A stretch of 64,000 nt of DNA from Candidatus Moraniibacteriota bacterium (GTDB lineage Bacteria; Patescibacteriota; Minisyncoccia; Moranbacterales; UBA2206), in the NCBI GenBank assembly GCA_049297495.1, contig JBAQUL010000026.1, positions 64,620-128,619 of the forward strand, written 5' to 3'. The position numbers were made by a program, and so were the translations under genes. A model generated the notes under the pieces. The model searched no databases. It was not told where the DNA came from and was given only the letters and a program-made list of their open reading frames with translations. Shown here one piece after another: positions 57,986-64,000 of this stretch (its first letter is position 1; every line of letters starts with the position of its first letter).

Positions 57986-58042
57986 GGATAGCCTCCCCAA
58001 CAATGGACAATAATTGCTCGTTTCATAATAAATTACCAATTT
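57986..58042. repeat. Duplicated 5' fragment of the YdeN hydrolase gene (ATG + 12 codons + upstream leader) located upstream of the SDR gene. Encodes a 22-codon remnant (MKRAIIVHCWGGYPQMPKRFVL*)
   Basis: It aligns to 56604-56660. It is followed by GTGCTATAAT (an extended -10), then the SDR start. Confidence 0.7.
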
Positions 58043-58044
58043 AC

Positions 58045-58476
58045 TTAAACTTTCTTGTTATAGTATCCATACCATTTTTTGCTTATTATAATCAACTCTT
58101 CAACTCGCCCATCCACACCACTTTTGATTTGCAGATGCCTGAGGGGAACACTATCGTTTTCAATGTCATCGCTAAAAGATGGTAATGCATAGACATTACC
58201 GCTCTCAGGATGATCGCCTAAAACTATTTTCATTCCGTCTTGTTTGAATCTTTTTATTAACTCATCGACTGGGGTAGTAAAACCTGGATACTCTTCTTCA
58301 GTAGCTTTTATTTTTGCATAACCCTCAGGGTCAATGCCAGGAAAAAAATAGAATTCTCTTTGCCGTTCAAGCTCCCGTCCCAATTCAATCATTCTCTTTC
58401 TCATTTGCTCCTTTCTCTTTTCCGTTAGTTCAACCACTTCAATAGTGATCATATTCAACATTTCAGGATTAGACAT
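58045..58476 (-). CDS. Hypothetical protein (143 aa)
   Basis: ORF in the operon. No family recognised. Confidence 0.4.
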   Translation of the reverse strand: MSNPEMLNMITIEVVELTEKRKEQMRKRMIELGRELERQREFYFFPGIDPEGYAKIKATEEEYPGFTTPVDELIKRFKQDGMKIVLGDHPESGNVYALPSFSDDIENDSVPLRHLQIKSGVDGRVEELIIISKKWYGYYNKKV

Positions 58477-58554
58477 ACTTTATTTTTTACAAATGATTTA
58501 ATATTGACGCTTTTTTATCAATATGACATTAATTACCACCACTTATTAATAATA

Positions 58555-59472
58555 TTAACTCTTTTTTTCATTAATGCCTAGCCAATCAGCCACAATCTTC
58601 GCCATTTTTGCTTTGTGATTTCTGAATGAATGATCGGCGCCTTTCACAATTTCATAGCTAAAATCTGGTTTATAGCCTTTCAACGTGTCCACACTCTTTT
58701 TAATATCCACCCCGGAGAATTCATCAATCTCGCCATAGACGACCAGGGTTTGTTTTTTGATTGATTTGAAATGACGAAAGTGTTCTTTCGTGGATAGCTT
58801 AATACTATTCAGCACTTCGTGATAGGGAAATGTGTTGTAATCCCCGTCTGGATTAGCAGTATCATAGAAACTGGCATAGGAATAGATGAGATCATAGGTC
58901 AACAGTTCTGGCATAATTTCCGTGCCTTTTCCTGCTTTAATTTTTTTCTTGGCCTCGAGAAGCATTGCGGCAAATTTTCTTTTTCCCAGCATCTCATAGA
59001 AAATGCCAGTGTCATCTCCGCCAGAAAGCAAGACGTATTTGGCAATTTGGTTTTTTGGTTTATAGAAATTATACACACAAATCTTGTTAGCTCCGGTAGA
59101 CTCGCCAACCAGATAGAACTCTTCGAAGCCTAATTTTTTGAGAAAACTAATCGCCCCGTCAATGTCTTCCACGCATTCTTTTATCTTTTCATAAGCAGTC
59201 CCATATCTGATTCTCTCTATTTTCCCATGTTTTCTCACATTCAGTTTTTTGATGATATGCGCTCCACGGTTATTAAAAAACAAACTGGAAATCCCCCGCT
59301 TCTCCAGCGCATCTGCCAATGTTCGATTTTGCACTTCATCATAAAAAACCGACGAGCTCCCATTACCGTGGAGCGTAATGGCCACTTTCTTGGATTTTTT
59401 CCCAGCGTACAGAAGCCCTGGAAGAGTCAGTCCGTCTTTTGTATTGAATTCGATAAATTTTGGGTTTGACAT
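58555..59472 (-). CDS. Alpha/beta hydrolase fold protein
   Basis: Nucleophile elbow (YLVGESTGANK). Length about 305 aa. Confidence 0.55.
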   Translation of the reverse strand: MSNPKFIEFNTKDGLTLPGLLYAGKKSKKVAITLHGNGSSSVFYDEVQNRTLADALEKRGISSLFFNNRGAHIIKKLNVRKHGKIERIRYGTAYEKIKECVEDIDGAISFLKKLGFEEFYLVGESTGANKICVYNFYKPKNQIAKYVLLSGGDDTGIFYEMLGKRKFAAMLLEAKKKIKAGKGTEIMPELLTYDLIYSYASFYDTANPDGDYNTFPYHEVLNSIKLSTKEHFRHFKSIKKQTLVVYGEIDEFSGVDIKKSVDTLKGYKPDFSYEIVKGADHSFRNHKAKMAKIVADWLGINEKKS

Positions 59473-59493
59473 AGATGTGTTAATTTAGTCAAT

Positions 59494-60024
59494 TTAGTCG
59501 AGGACCGTCCTCGATTTTTCCCCCGCAAACAGCTTAGCAAGAAAATCATCTGCACCGCTTCTATTTTTTATGTGGATTATTTTATCTTTAAAACCTTCAA
59601 TTGCTTCCTCAATTTCCGGTCTTTCTCCACGTCTCCACATGACTTTCAAATAATTCCAGTCAAATTTTTCAATACACCCAGCCGCCATTTCCGGTCTGGT
59701 TTTGCCTCGACATTTCCACCATCTGCTTAAACCACCCCGAAATGCCTGCCAGCCAGAATAATCCAAGTAAATTATAGTATCTGCATTTTTCAATTTACTT
59801 TTGGCGGCTGGGTGGATAAAGCCTTCAATAATCCACTTATCTTTTTTGATAACCTCTTCTAATTTTTGTTCCACTATTTTTTCATCTATTTCTTTCCAAT
59901 TTTCGCCCCAAACAAACTCGTCATAATGGGTGACTGGAATTTTTAAAAAGTCGGATAATTTTCTTGCCAATCTCGTTTTACCAGTTCCACTTATCCCGAT
60001 GATTAAAACCTTGTTCATTGTCAT
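59494..60024 (-). CDS. P-loop NTPase, adenylate-kinase-like topology-modulation (TopM/FlaR-like) family
   Basis: Walker A (IIGISGTGKTRLARKL). Length about 175 aa. The lid-less AK-like pattern. Confidence 0.5.
   Translation of the reverse strand: MTMNKVLIIGISGTGKTRLARKLSDFLKIPVTHYDEFVWGENWKEIDEKIVEQKLEEVIKKDKWIIEGFIHPAAKSKLKNADTIIYLDYSGWQAFRGGLSRWWKCRGKTRPEMAAGCIEKFDWNYLKVMWRRGERPEIEEAIEGFKDKIIHIKNRSGADDFLAKLFAGEKSRTVLD
59495..59517. promoter_or_regulatory. Palindromic element TAGTCGAGGACCGTCCTCGATTT (copy 2 of 2), 22 nt upstream of the alpha/beta hydrolase start codon. Overlaps the last codons of the kinase gene
   Basis: A perfect 18-bp palindrome. Compare 57158-57180. Confidence 0.5.
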
Positions 60025-60103
60025 GAAAAGTTTACTATTTTGCATAACTTGATTATATCAGACACCCCTGAAAAACCATCCTAGGGTGATTTTACAGAAA
60101 AAA

Positions 60104-60682
60104 TCAAAAAACTAGCTTCAATTTCTCAACAAACCTATGCATATTAGGGTCAAATTCTTCAATGGGCGTTGAGAGAATCTCGTTAAAACTGAGCCAGCGA
60201 TAACCACCAAATTCTCTCTTGAATTCATCAGTTTCGCTTTTTATTGGCGCAGATGAATCCCCTTTAAAAACATACCACAAATCAACATCAATATGTCCCG
60301 CAGTAAGACCTACGGTTTCTGTAATAGTAACAAATAACGGTGATTCGGTATCGAAAATTGGCTTCGGCTCAATTCCTAATTCTTCCACCAATTCCCTCTT
60401 AGCTGCTTCAAGTGGCAGCTCATCCTTGTTGATATGTCCCCCGCCGGGAAGTTTTTTTAATGCTTTTTTATGATCTAGCAATAAAATTTTTCTTTCTTCG
60501 AAATCGACCAAAACCGAATAACTGACCAAATGCTTCAATGGTGTGGCTGGTTTTTCAATACGAAAAACCTCCACTCCACTAGCAATCCAATCCAAAATGT
60601 CCTTCTGATGCTTTCGCTCAATCTCATCAAAGGGAACGACAGCTTGAATTAATTTATTTATTTCTTCCCTAATATTATTCAC
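60104..60682 (-). CDS. NUDIX hydrolase
   Basis: Canonical Nudix box (GGGHINKDELPLEAAKRELVEELGI). Confidence 0.8.
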   Translation of the reverse strand: MNNIREEINKLIQAVVPFDEIERKHQKDILDWIASGVEVFRIEKPATPLKHLVSYSVLVDFEERKILLLDHKKALKKLPGGGHINKDELPLEAAKRELVEELGIEPKPIFDTESPLFVTITETVGLTAGHIDVDLWYVFKGDSSAPIKSETDEFKREFGGYRWLSFNEILSTPIEEFDPNMHRFVEKLKLVF

Positions 60683-60718
60683 AATAATTTGTTGGTGCGT
60701 GGCTGTGCATAAATATTA

Positions 60719-61261
60719 TTAATCAATCAACTTTAATAACAGAGGAAATTCTTTATATGGCTGCTTGTGATAATTTGAACCCATATGCCCTTCGTGAAGG
60801 ACAATTTGTATCCCACCAAGCTTATCAAACATTATTCTCCCTTGCGTATCATCACAAGTCCAAGGGTCATTGTCGGAATTGATGAAAATAAACTGCTCGG
60901 ATTTTGGTCTTATCGCTTCCCAAACATAGTCATCGACATTTTTTTCACTATCCGCAGTTTTCCGCAAAGCCTTTGCATAACCGGAAACTAGAATAGCTTG
61001 CTTGATTTTCACTTCAATATTTTCCAAGAGACTCAAAATTATCTGGGCGCCCGCTGAATGACCAATAATTATTGTTTCTTCGCTAAATTTTCCACCTTCA
61101 AGCAGAAATGGAATCCACTCCTCACGATTGGGATATTCGGGATTGGGAAGACTCGGAAGCCAAACTTCATAGCCCCGCTTTTCCAGTCCACTTTTTAAAT
61201 AAGGGAACCAAAAATCAGTTGGCCTGTCTCCTGTCCCGTGTAGTATTATTGCGTTTTTCAT
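60719..61261 (-). CDS. YdeN/RBBP9-type alpha/beta serine hydrolase (paralog 2)
   Basis: IIGHSAGAQ. N-terminus (MKNAIILHGTGDRP). The extended -10 TGCTATAAT ends 7 nt before the ATG, which suggests a leaderless mRNA. Confidence 0.6.
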   Translation of the reverse strand: MKNAIILHGTGDRPTDFWFPYLKSGLEKRGYEVWLPSLPNPEYPNREEWIPFLLEGGKFSEETIIIGHSAGAQIILSLLENIEVKIKQAILVSGYAKALRKTADSEKNVDDYVWEAIRPKSEQFIFINSDNDPWTCDDTQGRIMFDKLGGIQIVLHEGHMGSNYHKQPYKEFPLLLKLID

Positions 61262-61267
61262 ATTTCA

Positions 61268-61276
61268 ATTATAGCA
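61268..61276 (-). promoter_or_regulatory. Extended -10 (TGTGCTATAAT) immediately upstream of YdeN paralog 2 start
   Basis: Minus strand reads TTTTTTGTGCTATAATTGAAATATG. The same GTGCTATMAT motif recurs upstream of the cupin gene (about 61770) and the SDR gene (about 57958). Confidence 0.45.
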
Positions 61277-61278
61277 CA

Positions 61279-61304
61279 AAAAAGAGCCTGGTATCCCAGG
61301 CTCC
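61279..61304 (-). terminator. Rho-independent terminator after cupin gene
   Basis: A perfect 8-bp stem (GAGCCTGG-TATC-CCAGGCTC) with TTTTTT on the minus strand. Confidence 0.65.
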
Positions 61305-61325
61305 TTGTTGGCTATTAAAAAGTGG

Positions 61326-61724
61326 CTATTCCGTCGTCTTTCCGTCGAATTCGGCGTCGTTAGCCTCGGCCTCCTCTTTGGTGGCTCTGACAATTCCATC
61401 TTTGTGATGCGCTGGGGAATAGATCGTGTACATTTTTAAGTCCTCGATTTGGGAAGTATTGATGATATTATGCTGAGCGCCGGCCGGAACAATGATTGCC
61501 ACACCATCTTTTAAATCATACTCATTTCCGTCAATGACACATTTGCCCTCACCCTTTTCAAAACGGAAAAATTGGTCATTCTCCTCGTGAACCTCCATCC
61601 CAATTTCCTCTTTCGGTTTTAGGCTCATGAGAACCAACTGGCTGCTTTTCCCAGTATAGAGCACACGGCGAAAATTGGTGTTTTCCAAGGTATCCTTTTC
61701 AATGTTAATATTAAATCCTCTCAT
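61326..61724 (-). CDS. Cupin (cupin_2 barrel) domain protein
   Basis: GMEVHEENDQFFRFEKGEGKCVIDGNEYDLKDGVAIIVPAGAQHNIIN matches the cupin two-motif pattern G(x)5HxH...G...P.G..H. Confidence 0.65.
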   Translation of the reverse strand: MRGFNINIEKDTLENTNFRRVLYTGKSSQLVLMSLKPKEEIGMEVHEENDQFFRFEKGEGKCVIDGNEYDLKDGVAIIVPAGAQHNIINTSQIEDLKMYTIYSPAHHKDGIVRATKEEAEANDAEFDGKTTE

Positions 61725-62182
61725 ATGGTTTTTTGTTAATAATTACTTTTTTATTATTCGCACATTAATGATAGCACAAAAAAACAAAATAGAGTAAACT
61801 AACCACAAAAAGAACTCGTTCCAAAGAAATAACGCAAAAAAACACTCTACCTACCGGCAAGCAGGCATTTAAGGTATTTTTATCAAAAGTCACAAACTTT
61901 TGCGATTTCCTCCTGCGCACTTACAAGCTTCGGTGGATAAAAGTCCAAAAGTTGAACATCTTAATCTTTTACAATTAGTCCGTGTCCGCATTACTACCTG
62001 CCGGATATACTAACATAAGTCATGTAGGCGGGCCAAAAAACAAATCTAAATCTTCTAAAGAAATTCACTAGTGAATAAATAAGTAGGGCAATAGATAGGT
62101 TCTGGCTGATGAGTAACTGGCTTCAGTCAAAATAAAAACAGGATTATCGCACCTGTCTCGCGCTCCGTTAGGAGAGTTTGAA

Positions 62183-62527
62183 TTAAAAAACAAGTTCCAC
62201 ACATCTTCCTAATGGAACAATGTCGCTGTCCTTAATGAAACGCCCATTATCGGCAAGGGTGTCCTTGCCTTCTTCCCTCTGATAAAGAATGAATGGCCTG
62301 TGGCTTGTTTCCTTTTTAAATCTGACAGTCCATCCATTATTGGAACGCTCTGCCGCTATTACAACGAAGACGTCCTCGGGAGAAATTCTCACCTTATGAC
62401 GTGGAGAGAGCCCCTCGATGTACTGCGAGCCAAACAAGCCCATCGGCACATAGAAGTATCCGGAACAGCTTCCCAGAACGGCAATCTGTGGCAATGCAAA
62501 ACCGAAGCATTGATTTTTTTCGAGCAC
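62183..62527 (-). CDS. Hypothetical protein (114 aa) at the distal end of the purE-purC operon
   Basis: The ORF lies 48 bp downstream of purC. No family recognised. Confidence 0.35.
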   Translation of the reverse strand: MLEKNQCFGFALPQIAVLGSCSGYFYVPMGLFGSQYIEGLSPRHKVRISPEDVFVVIAAERSNNGWTVRFKKETSHRPFILYQREEGKDTLADNGRFIKDSDIVPLGRCVELVF

Positions 62528-62575
62528 TTTAATCCTCCTCTTGATGGTTAGTTTTCATTTGGAATAGTTCAAACC

Positions 62576-63463
62576 TCATTCAATCCCGTGACCAGTAAGT
62601 CTCTCGAGCGCTTCCAGGTAACGAGCTTGAGTGCCTTCAATGATTGCTTGCGGCAGCCGAGGCCCCGGAGGCTGTTTGTTGAATTTGATGCTCTCCAGGT
62701 AGTCACGGACAAACTGTTTGTCGAAACTGTTTTGGGGTCGACCAGGCTCATATTCATCGGCTGGCCAGAAACGCGATGAATCAGGCGTCAGCACCTCGTC
62801 AATCAGAATGAGCTCATCATCATAGATTCCGAACTCAAACTTGGTGTCAGCGATGATAATGCCCTGACGCAATGCGAGCTCAGCGCCTTTTTTATAGATT
62901 CGCAAAGAGAGATCTCTGACCCGCTCAGCTATTTCACGGCCGATAATGCCGGCCGCCGTATCGAAATCGATATTTTCATCATGCTTGCCCAGTTCTGCTT
63001 TCGTCGAAGGGGTAAAAATCGGTTCAGGCAAGCGATCCGATTCCCGCAGGCCTTTTGGCAGTTTTATGCCACAAATTGTACCGTTTTCCTTGTAACTTTT
63101 CCAGCCACCGCCAGAAAGATAACCACGTACGATACATTCCACTTCCAGGGGAACGGCTTTTTTCACAAGGATGGAGCGGCCCTCCAGAATTTCAGCATAG
63201 GGGTGAAGAATTTTCGGGAAATCCTTGACTAGATGCGCCACCACGTGATTGGGTATGATACCCGCCATTTGCGCAAACCAGAACAATGAGATTTGATTGA
63301 GCACTTTGCCTTTTTCAGGAATACAGTCCGGCATCACCACGTCAAAAGCGCTCAGCCGGTCCGGGGTTATCATGAGGAGATGATCGCCCAGGTTATATAT
63401 GTCGCGAACCTTTCCTCTCTTCAATAATGGTACTACTGAAATATTTGTTTCCAGAAGAATCAT
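62576..63463 (-). CDS. purC: Phosphoribosylaminoimidazole-succinocarboxamide (SAICAR) synthase
   Basis: [30 protein letters not shown] and the C-terminal SAICAR synthetase signature region. It overlaps purE by 4 bp. Confidence 0.85.
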   Translation of the reverse strand: MILLETNISVVPLLKRGKVRDIYNLGDHLLMITPDRLSAFDVVMPDCIPEKGKVLNQISLFWFAQMAGIIPNHVVAHLVKDFPKILHPYAEILEGRSILVKKAVPLEVECIVRGYLSGGGWKSYKENGTICGIKLPKGLRESDRLPEPIFTPSTKAELGKHDENIDFDTAAGIIGREIAERVRDLSLRIYKKGAELALRQGIIIADTKFEFGIYDDELILIDEVLTPDSSRFWPADEYEPGRPQNSFDKQFVRDYLESIKFNKQPPGPRLPQAIIEGTQARYLEALERLTGHGIE

Positions 63464-63981
63464 GATTCCTCCTTTCGCCCGGCATTCGCCAGATCCTGTT
63501 GCAGCTTTTCATCATCCGCATAAATTTTTTCCTTTTTTGTGTCTCTGACTTTCAAGATTTTGACTGCCAGAGCCTGATCAGTCATCGCCAACAATTGTGC
63601 CGCATACCATGCGGCGTTCTCAGCACCATCAATCGGCATAGTGCCGACAGGAATGCCTGGCGGCATCTGCACAGAGGAAAGCAATGCGTCTACCCCCGCC
63701 AGTGGAGAAATATCGGAAGTCAACGGCACAGCAATGACGGGCTTAATAGTAATAGCCGCCACCGCACCAGCCAAATGAGCCGCCATTCCAGCGCCACAGA
63801 TAAAAATTTGACAGCCCTCCTTTTCCGCGTCATACACAAGTTCCCGCGTACGCTTCGGCGTTCGATGAGCACTCGCAATGTGCATCTCACACCCGACGCC
63901 CAATCCGTCCAAAATTTCTTTTGCCGGCAGCATCTTCGGGATGTCAGACTTGCTTCCAATGATAATCATAACCCTTGCCAT
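63460..63981 (-). CDS. purE: N5-carboxyaminoimidazole ribonucleotide mutase
   Basis: [17 protein letters not shown] ... ASAHRTP ... [24 protein letters not shown]. The GGAGGG ribosome-binding site is 9 nt upstream of ATG 63981. Confidence 0.85.
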   Translation of the reverse strand: MARVMIIIGSKSDIPKMLPAKEILDGLGVGCEMHIASAHRTPKRTRELVYDAEKEGCQIFICGAGMAAHLAGAVAAITIKPVIAVPLTSDISPLAGVDALLSSVQMPPGIPVGTMPIDGAENAAWYAAQLLAMTDQALAVKILKVRDTKKEKIYADDEKLQQDLANAGRKEES

Positions 63982-64000
63982 AATCAAAAGCCCTCCTTCA

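Noticed and set aside
62106-62113. CUGAUGAG hammerhead-ribozyme core-like octamer in the ORF-free region
   Set aside because: No convincing stem II/GAAA/stem III arrangement or cleavage-site context around it. It is likely a chance match.

Overview
This is a low-GC (about 38-40% overall) bacterial window with heterogeneous composition. Nearly every gene is on the minus strand. Signals are classically bacterial: AGGAGG-type ribosome-binding sites, extended -10 TGnTATAAT promoters and rho-independent terminators. The overall picture, reduced metabolism plus giant surface proteins, resembles an uncultivated small-genome bacterium such as a CPR-like episymbiont; that is inference. Recognisable core metabolism is nucleotide-centred. 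guaB and guaA are divergently transcribed, next to a metal-dependent amidohydrolase. purE and purC sit at the 3' end of the window. Pyrimidine genes are unusually arranged: a fused PyrK-PyrD class 1B dihydroorotate dehydrogenase, a PyrE-like protein with a long N-terminal extension, and a long type-2 PyrF. The dominant feature is a roughly 27-kb minus-strand cell-surface locus at 10520-36483. It encodes a 5107-aa secreted giant protein (LamG/ConA-like, IPT/TIG, a glycine-rich block, and many FYYKD Ig-like repeats), a TPR membrane protein, a 1755-aa Big-repeat protein, a 397-aa membrane/coiled-coil protein and a 1067-aa parallel beta-helix protein. A 5'-truncated GH28-like beta-helix protein sits at the window start. 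Other notable elements are a 1394-aa multidomain membrane protein (DPYG repeats, possible C-terminal GT-A domain) preceded by a small acidic protein, and a UvrD/HelD-like helicase. A dense run of small enzymes lies at 54378-61724: a C39-like peptidase, a GNAT, a SAM-methyltransferase, two paralogous YdeN-type hydrolases, two NUDIX-fold proteins, an SDR, an alpha/beta hydrolase, a P-loop kinase and a cupin. Non-coding signals worth follow-up are a perfect 42-bp palindrome between guaB and guaA, a recurring intergenic motif RGGACTTRCG(C)...TTTGCCAAAA, a repeated palindromic operator-like element TAGTCGAGRACCGTCCTCGATTT upstream of hydrolase genes, a duplicated gene 5' end with promoter upstream of the SDR gene, an orphan minus-strand terminator inside a structured GC-rich intergenic region (candidate sRNA), and exact DNA repeats inside the giant gene. 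No CRISPR array, rRNA, tRNA or obvious transposase was seen.
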